A stretch of DNA of 63,956 nt, counting the filler, from Octopus bimaculoides (lineage: Eukaryota): assembly GCF_001194135.2 (NCBI RefSeq). It is 5 parts of 5 records of this genome, joined end to end, with 100 filler letters (N's around TTAATTAATTAA, not from the genome) between each part and the next. Parts side by side here need not be neighbours in the genome. Positions count along the whole stretch, not along the records: positions 1 to 26,539 come from NC_068989.1; 4 more parts are not named here. One strand, written 5' to 3'. Made by a program: the position numbers and the translations under genes. Below the pieces are notes generated by a model. The model ran no database searches. It was not told the DNA's origin and saw nothing but the letters and a program-made list of their open reading frames with translations. Shown here piece by piece: positions 13,254 through 25,720 of the stretch; position 1 is the first letter of the stretch; the number at the start of each line of letters is the position of its first letter.

Positions 13254-14001
13254 TATTACCAACCATCACCAATGTATGTCTAACTTTTACACGTCACTGT
13301 TTCATAATGAATAGTAGCAGACATTAATATGAATTCAGTTCTGACATTTTTTGGTGGCAGAAGGGTGATAATGACAAGTATGGCTAAGACGTTTACTTTG
13401 CAACAATATGGTTTCAGGCTCAGTGTCTGTGTGTGGTGCCTTGGCAGTGTCTTCCACTATAGTCCCCAGCCAACCAATGTCCAGCACCACAAGCCATGCA
13501 AAACCATCATACAAACAACAAAGCATGCCTTCTTGCATCATATAGCTTGTAAGCTCTCTAACCTTACAGTTAGTCCTTATGGTTCTTTCCCCAAAAAGTC
13601 TCTGCCAACATTGTAGCATATTCCTTTTTTTCACTCTTCATGAGTCTTTAAGCAGTACTCCCTTCACATTTGCTGCTTACTTTGCAGCAATTTCCATACC
13701 GTACACATGAACCCTTTAGCATTCAGATTTCTTTCTCAAATGCATTGCTTATTTATTTGTATTATTTTGAATTAATCACACATTATCTTGTAGCTTCAAA
13801 ATTTCAATGATGTGTTTGTATATTTTTAGAATGACATTGTGGGGCAGGTGTGGGAGGTTGGATCCGGTCAGTTTTAAGATAAAACAGATAGAATATCTGG
13901 ATCTGATATGGTTGGGTTAATTGCTATTGGATTAATCTTCTCCAAAACAAATCTTTTTTCATCAGTCTTGCAATCATACACATATATACTGTTACGTCCG
14001 G

Positions 14002-14155
14002 CTACTACACATCAGTGGCTGTGTGAGCTACAAATCCTCGTCACCACCGTTATGTCCTGCTACTACATATCAGTGGCTGTGTGAGCTACGAATCCTCGTC
14101 TCCACTGTTATGACACTGTTATACAGTGGGAGGTATCCTCGTCACCACTGTTATG
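14002..14155. repeat. 58-bp tandem duplication (about 2.5 units)
   Basis: ctactacacatcagtggctgtgtgagctac..atcctcgtc..cac.gttatg at 14002 and 14060, plus a partial third unit. Confidence 0.75.
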
Positions 14156-14283
14156 TAGTAGCGGGACACAACATATACCAAGTGAAAAATACCTCCTCTC
14201 ACTCCAACTAATAAGACCACTGACCCTGACAATGGTTCTTCTATTACTTTCAACAATGTGCCCTAGTGTTTATCTCTATCATT

Positions 14284-14460
14284 GCGCAGGCATGGCTGTG
14301 TGGTAAGGAGCTTGCTTCCCAACTACATGGTTCCAGGTTCAGTCCCACTGTGTGGCATCTTGGGCAAGTGTCTTCTACTATAGCTCGGGCTGACTAAAGC
14401 CTTGTGAGCGAATTTGGTAGATTGAAACTGAAAGAAGCCTGTCATATGTATGTATGTATG

Positions 14461-14552
<92 letters not shown>

Positions 14553-14780
14553 TGTGTGTGTGTGTCTTTGTATGTGTTTGTCCCTCATCACCTCTTGATA
14601 ACCAGTGTTGGTGTGTTTAAATCCCTATAACTTAGTGGTTCAGCTAAAGAGACCGATAGAATAAGTACTAGGCTTAAGAAATAAGTCCTGGAGCCAATCT
14701 GTTCAACTAAAATCCTTTAAGGCAGTGCTCCAGCATGGCTGCAGTGAAATGACTGAAACAAGTAAAAAATAAAAGAATAA
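14284..14780 (+). mobile_element. tRNA-derived SINE family A, full length with internal (TA)n/(TG)n
   Basis: Head gcaggcatggctgtgtggtaag...ggttcagtccc, central microsatellite, tail ccagcatggctgcagt..gactgaaacaagtaaa; related copies at 7326, 38098, 43447 and 48514. Confidence 0.85.
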
Positions 14781-14989
14781 ACTCTTCAATCACTCTCTCT
14801 ACAAGGTTATATCCTGATTTTTGTAAATGCATTATTTTGTATTCCATTCCTACTAACAACAAATTCTCTGATCCTGCCAATTATTGACCTACCATACTAA
14901 TTTCCAACTCCTCAAAAGTAATGAAAACAACCATTAACAACAATGTTCTCCACAACCTTGAATCTTTCTCTTCCCTTAATGACTACCTG

Positions 14990-15750
14990 TCTGACTTTCA
15001 TAAAACCAGATCTACTGGTGACATTTTTTTTATGTGACCCACTATTGGGCTCTTGCCATAAGAAATTTGGTGAAAACAGGGTTATTGCACTTGACATCAA
15101 CAAAACATTCAACTGTATCTGATAGGTGAGTGCTGAAGCAAAACTGCAAGCCATCTTCTGTCTTACACTGCTGGTTTTCTGTCAGATCTAGCCATCACAG
15201 TGTATTTGCTAGTGTGCTCCAAAGTTCAGTTTTGCACTCCCTCATTCTTCTGTCTATACATCAATGACGTACTTGTTGTCACTTCCAATAACATCCATTT
15301 CTATGCAGATAATATCATTCTTCTGCACTGAAGCATCATTCACAAGTAGCCTAAACATTTCATGCCAAGTCTGCATTGACTTCATTAAGAAAAACCTTAA
15401 CAACATCCTCTAGAGGTGAGGGTGGGATCTGGGGGTCATTGCAATCTTGTTTCCTTTGATAACTCAAAGACAATTTCTCCCATCCCCTACCATTGTACCC
15501 TTCCTCCTAAACATGGACAACATACACAACTCTCAAAGTTGCTACAAATGTTAGGCCTAACTGTCATTGAGGATCTCTCCTGATGAATGCACATCTTTGA
15601 CATGACAAAGAATGCATCACAAAGACTGACCTTCTTATTCAGAGCCAGAAATTACACCAAGTTCAACAACAATAGCCTTCTATAAGGCCCTGGTGAGGTC
15701 TACAATGGAGTAGTGCTCCTACGTCTGTGATGGAGTTGTTACAAATATGG
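14990..15750 (+). mobile_element. Degenerate CR1/Jockey-group LINE reverse transcriptase
   Basis: FGENRVIALDINKTF (cf. ALDISKAFDRV), vLQSSVL..LYINDVL..TSNNIHFYADN (cf. PQGSVL..LFINDL...YADD); many stops. Confidence 0.7.
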
Positions 15751-15761
15751 GTATCCTAGAT

Positions 15762-15950
15762 CATCATCATCATTATTATCATTTAATATTTGGCATGGAT
15801 TGGATGGTTTGATATGATCCAATGAGCCAGAGGATTGTGTCAAACTCCTATGTCTATTTTAGGCATGGTTTCCACAGCTGGATGCCCTTCCTAATGCCAA
15901 CCACTTTATAAAGTGTACTGGGTGCTTTTTTCATGACACTGGTATTAGGG
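15762..15950 (-). mobile_element. RTE LINE 3' end fragment
   Basis: (cat)n tail and ctggatgcccttcctaatgccaaccac motif shared with 21905 and 33485. Confidence 0.6.
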
Positions 15951-17539
15951 AGGTCATCTATTAATTTAAGAGACAAAGGAAAAGAGCCCTTGACTGAGTT
16001 GAGCTGTAATAAAGAAGAAGGTAACTTTATGCTAGATGTTGAAATGCTTAAGTATGATAGAGAAACAGGTACAATTGTCTGACCATAGGGGCAATAAATA
16101 GTTATCCTGCATTATACAAAAGTGGATGGGAGTATCTGTAAAGAAGATAATGATAGTAGTGACAAAGTGTCACAAAAAAAAAAATGGCTATATAATAGGT
16201 TGGCACAAAATTGCTTACCAGCCTGTGGGATGATGGAACCCCTTCTATTAATTCGTTTGTGCCCTAAAGGGTTTAGTTTTGCCCCAACTCACTCCAACCT
16301 TTGGACCTCAAGTATACTGGTCTCCACTCTGTATTTATGTTGCTATTTGTGTGGTGTCTGCTCTTTAGAGCTGACTAGTCTTGTACCATCTCTTCTCTGG
16401 CACTTATCTCTCCTTCCATCACCTATGTACTTTCCCCATGTAGTCCTCTACTAGCCACTATATCAGAATGTCAGCCCTAGAATTTCCTACAAATGTTCAA
16501 GGTGAAACGGCATAAGAAAGCTTGCCATGGTCATGTATATTACCTTCCCTTCTATGACTAACTTATTAAAAAATTAATACTGATTCACTGATTTGTCATC
16601 GGCTGGTTGTCTTGTAAACCTCATCAACTTCCCCAACTGTACTCTTTGTTTAAATAATAGGCTGGATTTCTTTGTGTGACCTATTCTTAGAAAGTATGTC
16701 TCAGTCATGACGTAGAGACACCAAATGTTGCATCAGTTTTGGCAATTCTTCAACAAACGAAAATATTCTCTTCAAATGAAGAAAAACAATAGAAACCAGT
16801 TATTTATTATAAGACATTGATAGCCAAAGATTATTGATTATTTCTATATAGATCATTCTTTTCCTCGGTTTCATTCAATTTATAGCTTTTAGTGTGATGT
16901 TTTCACTACAACTCCTTGAATATTGATTAACATACTGAGAATTTTTTTTTTTTTTTTTTTTTTCTGAGAGGATCTTGTACACATTTGCCAACTGATTGTG
17001 TATATTTTAATGTGCAGTGACAGGAGGCATGGTCTTGTCTTCTGAGTCATGAATGAACTTCATTATTTAAAAGCGGCTGACAATTCTCTTCATAACGTAC
17101 TATAATAATCAGACAAAGAGAAAGAGAGGCAAATAATGAGAGGGAGAAGTAAGAGAGTAAAATAAGAAAAATACAAGGGAACAATAGTAGGAGGAGAAAG
17201 AGAGAGAGATGGTAAAAGGAAGAGACACTTGCCTGCAACAGTAAGGCCCATACACACAAGAGTCAGACTCTTATCACACACACATACACATGTGGAAATA
17301 GGCACTCACACACACATAAAACAATGCCCCTTCCCACTCGCATCTCATAGTAATTAAGTACACAACACCTGAACAAATGAACACTTATATGATGTACATA
17401 ATTTTATGAATGAAAATTTGTCTAAATTAGTTTAACACTAAAAGTACCAACATTTTTTACTTCCTACAAGGACCATAGCAGCCATTTTTGACCAGTGTTG
17501 AAAATCTTTATTTAATACAATTTATTTTAAATATAAGGT

Positions 17540-18040
17540 GATGCAGTGAATAAATGCATTTCATCAACATATATACATGTACACTTTTTTGCATAGAACT
17601 AAGAATGTGGACAATCTTTCTTTTCGTTGTTTTATAAACTGTCATTGAGCATCCTGAAGGGGAAGAATAAATTTCAGAAGAGAAAAGGGGCTTATCTTTC
17701 ATCAACTTTTCTGTTGAAGGAACTTCTCTCCTTTGTTTTCTGATTGTCCCTTAAAGGCTTGTCTTTTCCTCCTTGAATTTTTTGGCAAGCTTTAGGCCAG
17801 TGAGATAATTATCAGTTATAACATTGTAACCCTTTTTGAAAAAAGGTTTCATGAGTGAAAGGTATGCGTCTGTTGAAAGATCATTTTCTTTCTTATGTTC
17901 TGGTTCTTTTCCAAGATATAGTTTTCCATTGCAAAGGTATTTTGAATCAATAGCAACCAATAGACAAAACTTTATACCATATTTATCTGGCTTACGTATT
18001 TTTGGAGTATAGGATTTTTGACAATTTTAGTAAAGACTAG
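17540..18040 (-). mobile_element. piggyBac transposase remnant
   Basis: Minus strand (K)PDKYGIKF..AIDSKYLCNGKLYLGK...GYNVITDNYLTGLKLAKK..EEKTSL*GTIRKQRREVP, covering the piggyBac catalytic core including the xTDNY and GTIR motifs. Confidence 0.85.
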
Positions 18041-18291
18041 ACTAGTCAGCTCTNNNNNNNNNNNNNNNNNNNNNNNNNNNNNNNNNNNNNNNNNNNNNNN
18101 NNNNNNNNNNNNNNNNNNNNNNNNNNNNNNNNNNNNNNNNNNNNNNNNNNNNNNNNNNNNNNNNNNNNNNNNNNNNNNNNNNNNNNNNNNNNNNNNNNNN
18201 NNNNNNNNNNNNNNNNNNNNNNNNNNNNNNNNNNNNNNNNNNNNNNNNNNNNNNNNNNNNNNNNNNNNNNNNNNNNNNNNNNNNNNNNNNN

Positions 18292-21200
18292 CTCCATAAT
18301 TGTTTGAGTGTCTGTGGGTCTGAATGTTTTTGTACTTGTAAGTCCTTTACTGGTGATCCTGCTGGTGAATCTTCCCCATTTCTTGTCGTAGGCTGGATTA
18401 CCTCTTCCATTGCATTGTACTTCTTCAATTCCACCATCGTTGGTGACTTACTCCGCTCTCTTTTTCTTGCTTTCACCTCTGCAAAATCACTGCCTTGTTC
18501 TGTTATCTGTTTCTGCCGTTTCTCCACCTTTATATTCTCCTGAATACTCACCTCTATAATTTCCACTGCTGCACTAGGGCATTTTTTCTCAAGTGCCCTC
18601 TTTCACCACATTCGTAACACTTTGGGGGTATCACCTCCTACATTATCTGCAGCTTTTCTTCATTTGGTAGCTCTAAAGTTTCAGGTATTTCGTTGTAATA
18701 TTTTTGGCTCACTGCACAAATCATCTCTAATCTGTAGCCCCATCACTTCACTTGTTGGGTTCAGCTTATCATGCCTATCTTCACCTCTTCACTTTCCTTC
18801 CTTATCTCCAAATAAAAAAATCACCACTATTATCCACTCTGGATCTGTCGACAGTGGGATTCTTCCCACTCTAATCCTGACAATTCATTTATCCAAACAG
18901 TTTGACAACAATGTCCATTTCTCTCCCTGTATCATCCTGTTGAAGGATTTTTCCGCCTCCTCTTCTGATACAAAGGTTACCAATATAGACACATATCTGT
19001 TTCCTCTTGTAAAGGATGCTATGCTGTCTCCTATATGTCTTTCCAAAATTTCTTCTATTTCTTCGTGCGGCGCTTTTTCAGTTCTTCTGTTTTGATTTGA
19101 AAATGTTCTGAATATTACTGTCTTCTTTTCCATTTTCACTTTTTCCTCCTCTGGTAGGGTCAGTTTTATATTTGACCCTTCCTTCTCCACCATACTACTA
19201 TATTTTCCTATCAGCTCACTTTTTGCACTCTACCATCTCTTGTTTCAGCACACTTGGGTCTAGGGGAACTCGACCTCCAGTAGCTTCTGCATAACTTCTC
19301 ATTTTTCTCAATTATTCACAACCACCCAACAATGGTGGCTTCACACAAAAAAATTCAGCTAGAGTTCTTCAAAAAACAACAAAACAAGTGGCTTGCTAGC
19401 TTAATTCTTTATTACAGGCACAAGGCCTAATTACAGAGGGGACATACAAAGACATGCGGGAACAAAATACACATGAAAGGATGGATGTGAAATGAGTAAA
19501 ATTACAATGCAAATGAGACGGCCATATCTCGCTCCTGCTGCGAGATGAAACCGTGTATTCCTTTTCCTTAAAACCTTTACATTTAACATAACAACTTCTA
19601 GCCTCGCTCCAAGGTGAAGCCACGACTCCCTTTTTGCTTTTACCCTACAATTATAAACCTTTTAAATAAATGTTCATACAGGATTTACTTATTTTCTTTT
19701 CCTTTTTTAAACCAAAAAGTCAACCAAATGTTTTTCACAGTATTTAAAAAAAACTTTTGAAAATCTGTTCATTCAAAAGTTTCAAAATTTACTTGTTTTA
19801 CCTTTTTTTTTCCATAAAAAGTTCAAATAAATGTTTTTCTCAGTTACAGTCTTTACAAAATTATAACAACTTACCACTTCTGTCTCTCATGTCTTTCAAT
19901 TATGCAATCTTTTAAGTTGGGGTGTCTTGTCTCACTATAATTTTTCTTTTTGTTTGTGTTTTTCATGTTGTTTCTTTTTGTCTCTATATTTCTGCTGTTT
20001 TTGGATTTCCTGTAATTGCATCTGTATGTCTGTGTGTTCGTTTGACTGTAATTCTACGTGTTTCGTCTGTGTCTATGTCTTTAGGTTTCCGTAATTCTGG
20101 GCTGTCTTGTTTCTGGTCTGAATTCTGTACTTGTAAGTCCTTTACTGGTAATTCTACTGGTAAATTTTCTCCATTTCTCGTCATGGGTTGGGTTTCCTCT
20201 TCTATTGTTTTACGCTTCTTCAATTCCACTGTTGTCAGTGACTTCCTTCTCTCTCTTTTCCTGGGTTTCACCTCCACAAAATTCCCATCATGTTCTGTTT
20301 TCTGTTTCTGCTTTTTGTCTACCATCATATCTTCCTGAACACTCTCCTCTACCATTTCCACTGCTGCTCTAGTGCATTTCCTTCTCAAGTGCCCTCTTTC
20401 ACCACATCCGTAACACTTTGGGGTTTCCCCTCCAACATTATTTCCAGCCTTTCTCCATTTAGTAATTCCAAAGTTTCCGCCTTATCTCTATACCATAACC
20501 TCAGCATTTAATTTGTTGTGTTCAGCTTATTATGCCAATCTTCAGGTTTTCACTTCTCTTCCTCAGCTCTGAATTAAAAATTACGGCTATTACCCATTCT
20601 GGGTCTATCGATGGTGAGATTCTTCCCACCTTAATCCTAACGATTCTTTTGCCCAAACAGTTTGGCATCAACATCCATTTCTCTCCCTGTATCAGCCTGT
20701 TGTTGGTTTTTTTTCACCTCCTCTTCTGATATAAAGGTTACTACTATAGTTGCATATTTCCTTCCTCTTGTAAAGAAAGTTATCCCTTCTCCTATTTGTT
20801 CCTCCAAGATTTTCTCTATCTCTTCCTGCGGCGCATGTTCTATTCTCCTATTTGCATTTGAAAAAGTTCTGGATATGACCGTCTTGTTTTCCATTTTTCT
20901 TTTTTCCTCCTCTCACAGGGCCATTTTCACATTTGACCCCTCCCTCTTTATCATACCACAATATTTGGCTATCTTCTCATTCCACTCCATCATCTCTGGC
21001 TTCAGCACACATAGGTTCAAGGGAACTTGACCTCCAGTAGCCTCTGCGTAACTTTTCATTTTTTCAATTGTTTCACCACCACCCAACAATGGTGGCTTCG
21101 CTCAAAATATCGGCTAGAGTCCTTCCAAAAACAACAAAAAATGTGGTTTGCTAGCTAGCTTGATTTTTTATTACAGGCACAAGGCCTAATTACAGAGGGG

Positions 21201-21305
21201 ACATACAAAGACATGCAGGAACATAAAACATATGAAGGATGAATGTGAAATGAATATATTTACAATGCAAATTAGCCAGCCATCTCGCACCTGCTGCAAG
21301 ATGAA
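18292..21305 (-). mobile_element. Head-to-tail tandem array (~1.76-kb period) of a LINE ORF1-like element (RRM-like domain + CCHC knuckle), no ORF2 seen
   Basis: Two paralogous units. Minus-strand PKCYECGEKGHLRKKCP (~18590-18640) and PKCYGCGERGHLRRKCT (~20370-20420) are C-x2-C-x4-H-x4-C knuckles, preceded by VIFRTF..EEIEEILE..GNRYVSILVTF.SEEEAEK. Junction motif ttacaggcacaaggcc at 19411 and 21168. Frameshifts present. Confidence 0.75.
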
Positions 21306-21461
21306 ACAATGAAAGAGATCAGACACCACCAAGAAAAACTTTCTCTACAAAATACTAATTTAAAAATCTATAAAAGAAAAGTTTATAATCCATAAAATCT
21401 ACAAAATATTAGATAAAAAATTTAATTCAGTTTAGTAAATTTATAAAAAAGAAAGTGAATA

Positions 21462-21572
21462 ATAGACTACATGCGTTTCGTGGCCACATAATAGCAGAAA
21501 AAATCTGCACAATTCACAATAAATCAAGCAAGATAAATTCTGCTTCTGAATGAAGTCACTCTTCAGGTCTAT
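21462..21572 (-). ncRNA. Type I hammerhead ribozyme with extended loop II
   Basis: Minus RNA AUAGAC-CUGAAGA-GUG-(74 nt)-CAC-GAAA-C-GCAU-GUA-GUCUAU: intact CUGAnGA and GAAA core, 6-bp stem I, GUG/CAC stem II, 2-bp stem III, GUA cleavage triplet. Confidence 0.75.
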
Positions 21573-21705
21573 AAATTCAAATATCGTATCCTACTATTTA
21601 AATAATATAAATAAAATAAAATAGGAATAAAGTAGAAATATCTGTACGTGTAGGAAAGCTATTATTAGTATAATACATAAAATGTCAAGATTTGATAATA
21701 ATAAT

Positions 21706-21754
21706 CATTCAAGTTGAAGGCCTAATTCCAGGATTTAGGCCTTCAACTTGAATG
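21706..21754. repeat. Perfect 20-bp inverted repeat with 9-nt loop
   Basis: cattcaagttgaaggcctaa-ttccaggat-ttaggccttcaacttgaatg. Confidence 0.9.
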
Positions 21755-21904
21755 AAGACAAAACAACGCTCACATGCACTTAGGATTTCTTCCATAATTA
21801 ATAGTGAAATGTAAACTTTATTGTTAATTAGTGCACCCAAAAGATCCCTAGAACATCATGGTTGCATCAACAGTCCATCTCTCTCTCCCTCTCTCTCTAT
21901 ATGT

Positions 21905-22600
21905 ATTATCATCATCATTTAATGTCTCTTTTCTATGCTGGCATGGATTGGACAGTTTGACCAGAGCTGGTAAGGCCAGGGACTGTGCAAGGCTTCATTG
22001 TCTACCTCGGCATTGCTTTTACAGCTGGATGCCCTTTCTAATGCCAGCCACCCCACAAAGTATATTGGGTACTTTTTTTTTATGTGGCACCAACACTGGT
22101 ATCGATTCTGCTATGACAGTCAGGTCTTCTTGAGTACAGCAAGGTGCCAGATATCTCAGTCCTTTGTCATCTCTTTTGTAAGGCCCAACATCCTGAAATC
22201 AGCCCTCATTACTTCATCCCATGTTCTTCTGGGTTTTCCTCTTCCACAAGTTCCAAGTACTCTAAGTGATCAGCAACTCTGTATGCAACTGTCTACATCC
22301 ATATGCATAACATGACCAAACTAGTGCAGTCTTTTTCTTCTGTCTTGCACACTGCATCTAATTCTTCTTATGCCCAACTTTTCTCTTAATACATTAGTTC
22401 TCTGTCACACACATACACTGACATTGCACATCCAGTGGAGCATACTAGCTTCATTCCTCTCTAGCCTTTATATGTCTTCTGCATTCAAATCCCATGTCTC
22501 ACTACCATGTAGCATTGCTGTTCATATGCATGTATCATACAAAATCTTCCTTTCACTTGAAGAGAGAAACCTTTGGTTGGCAACAGAGGTAAAAGCTCTA
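21905..22600 (-). mobile_element. RTE LINE 3' portion (RT C-terminus + UTR)
   Basis: (cat)n tail; minus strand encodes a degraded KGFSLQVKGRF..HAYEQQCYMVVRHG, the same region as the cleaner copy at 34480-34650. Confidence 0.7.
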
Positions 22601-24076
22601 TGTACCAGTTATTTTCACGAAGCACACATGTATATGTATAAATATATATATAAGGAGTGTAGGTCAAGATAACCCAAACTAATAGGTATGCATTCTGAGT
22701 GCTCCAATATGTAATCCACTAAAATTCCAGTTAGAACAGCTTCTCTAGTTGTGATTGTGTGAATGTTTTGTTAAAAAAAGCAAAAAAAAACCCCCAAAAA
22801 AACTGGCAATTGGTAGCTTACTTTTGAGTCAGCAGGTATCAGTTAAAGTTGTGAGGAAGGCAAACAGTTAGTCAAGGCAGGATTATGGCATTTAAATTCA
22901 TTTAATTCAGTCTAAAAATAGTAAAATAACACAAAATTGGCAAAGATAGTAGAGGTCTTTACTATCTTTACCAGTTTTGTATTATTTTACTATCTTAAGA
23001 TTGAATTAAATGGATTTAAATGCCATAGTCCTGTCACAACTAATCATTTACCTTCCTCACTACTTTATACATACATACATATACATATATGTGTGTCTGT
23101 GTGTGTATGTATATATATATATATTCTTTTATTCTTTTACTTGTTTCAGTCATTTGATTGCAGCCATGCTGGATATATAATGTACATGTGTTTGTTCAAT
23201 GAAAATAGCAGATAGCTAAAAATAACAGCTTAATAACTAGTAAGAGCAGTAAAATTAACAGATCAGTAGACTAAGAAAGTGAGGTGGTGCTTATGACCTT
23301 TACATGTCCTTCTAGACATGTAGGATTGTTGTAGCTGATGTTTAACCTAAACATCTGCAAGTCGTCTATGAAAAGGTAACTAGCTGGAAGTCTGTGCAAC
23401 TGAATAGTTTAGTTATGTATGCACTAACTTAATGGTGTGTGGTGAGATTATACTTGTATTGAGGGGAAATAAATTTGATGAGCCAGGTAAGGGATGCAAC
23501 TCAAAAGGAAAATGCTATACTTAAAGACACTGGCAATCATGGACCTCTATGCCAATATCTGAGGATTCAATATTTTTCTTGGGACAGATGTAGAATTAGT
23601 TTCCATTTGCCTTCTGCTAGTTTATTTCTAGTTCACTCTACTACTCTCCTGCTCTCCCAAGCTTACACTTGAGGCATAGGGCCTATTTAATCCTTAAGCA
23701 AGGGGCACTGGTTTGCATGAAATCAGGATTTGTCCACGCAATGGTGGGCCTCTTTGATACATATCTAGGAGCAAGCTCTCTTCAAGGATACAACAAACCA
23801 CCTGCTCTAACCCACTATCTTATGATCTTGAATCTAACACCTTAACCACTAGGCTCCACAACACAAATGACAATGAATAATAATGGGGTATTAAGTATTA
23901 ACTAATCTCACTCAAGTGCTTTGGCAATACCATATTTTTCTTTGATCAAATAAAAGACTTAAGAAACTGTCTTCTTTTGTCGGTTGTATTCTTCAATAAA
24001 TGCATTATTGAATGTCTTTTTGTTTCCATAAGTTAAATCTCTTTTTACTTTCTCAACTTCTCTTTTCTGTTTCCAG

Positions 24077-24187
24077 CATTTCTTTGGTCGTAAGAGGAAC
24101 TGTTATTCCATTTCCATCCGCTATGTACATAGGGCTTTACGTTATTCTACCTGGGGTAGACGGCTGAAAAAAGCTGATGCCAAAGAG
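24077..24187 (+). CDS. MRPL20: MRPL20 coding exon 2
   Basis: Acceptor ttttctgtttccag, 111 bp reading HFFGRKRNCYSISIRYVHRALRYSTWGRRLKKADAKE, donor gtaagg; bL20 HFxGRK..CY...R...RA motif; phase 0 continuing exon 1. Confidence 0.92.
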
Positions 24188-25485
24188 GTAAGGTTATCAA
24201 AATTATTGTCATTTTATAATATATGTTGTTTATCATTATCGTTATCACTTTACATCTGCTTTTGCATGTTGGCATGGGTTGGATGAGTCAGCATAATTTG
24301 AGTTGGTTCTTATTTAGAACTACTACTCTGCTTGATGGGTCTGGAACCATCCTCACTTGTATGGTTCCATTGTAGGCATGTTTTCTACAGCCAGAGGTCT
24401 TTTCAACCACTCTACAGATTGCATAGCATCATCACTAAAAGTGTCATGTCCAGGACAAGATCAGAGAGTCTTCCAGACCCTATGCTGACATCACTCCTTC
24501 ACCAGCCACTTTACAAAATATACTTAATACTAGAGCAGCTGTCTTGTCCTTAACTTGACTAAAGAGTTCTCTCTAGCCTACATTGTTTCTATTACTGACA
24601 TCAGAGAAGTTGTCTTACTCTAGCAAGACTAAAGAGAGTCTCTTCTTCTTTCTGTTGTCTTCATTTCTTTCTATCTAATGCAACTGAATTGGAAAAGATC
24701 CAGAATAGAAGGATGATAGAAGAAAGAATATCAGAAGAGAATCAGTGTGAGGGTGATAGAAGAGAGAGAATGGTTGGTGAAGGAGAGAGTGGGAGGATAA
24801 TAAAAGAGTGAATAATGAAGATGAGGGATAGAGTTACGTGATGGTTGCTGGTAAGGTGATTGAATAGAATGACTGAGGGGGTAATAGAAAGGGGAGTCAT
24901 GAAAGGAATAAATTGAGAGGGTGTTAGTAGAAGGAGTAATGGAAAAGAGAAAAAAAGGGATAAGCAGCTACATAACTGTTTCTGGTAAAGAGGTTGAATA
25001 AAAGCTACTAAGAGGGTGAGAAAAAGAGAAAAACAGAGTGAAAATGTGTGCGTGAGAGAGAGAGAGAAAGAGAGTGAGTGAGGAAGAGCTAGAAAGTGTT
25101 AAGAAAATAATGTTTAAAATTTAGAAAAATATAGTTGTTTATCTTGTTTTATTACTCATATTTGTGTATAACAAAATTATGAATAATACATTTTTTTAGA
25201 ATGTTCCATATTTAGTATGGATTTTCTGAAATCCTTAAATTATAGCTTTAAAAATCCATGGAACAACTAAATACTACTTGCAATGTACTATTTGAGAACT
25301 ACTGCTTGCACAGTGTGATTTGAAAGAGAATTAGTTCTTATTTCTAGCTGACCTAGATATTTCCTCATTGGGTAGTCCTGCATTAAATGTTGATATTTAT
25401 AACTTACAGCACAGCAGTTTTGTCTAAAATTTTTCATTTTCTCAAAAGAAACAAAATTTTTTTTTTCTTTTCTGCACATTTTCAG

Positions 25486-25563
25486 TTATTTATGATCAGG
25501 CTCAATGCTGCTTGTCAAGAACATGGTATTGGATGTATGAAATTTTTAGATGGTCTTGCTAGA
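25486..25563 (+). CDS. MRPL20: MRPL20 coding exon 3
   Basis: Acceptor cacattttcag, 78 bp reading LFMIRLNAACQEHGIGCMKFLDGLAR, donor gtgagt; matches bL20 LWIxRIxAAxxEHG. Confidence 0.92.
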
Positions 25564-25605
25564 GTGAGTTTTTTTTTCCTTGTTTAATTTTTGCTTTCAA
25601 ATTAC

Positions 25606-25636
<31 letters not shown>

Positions 25637-25720
25637 TGTTTAATTTTTGCTTTCAAATTACTACTATTATTATTATTATTATTATTTTTATTTCTTCTTC
25701 TTCTTCTTAGCATTATTATT

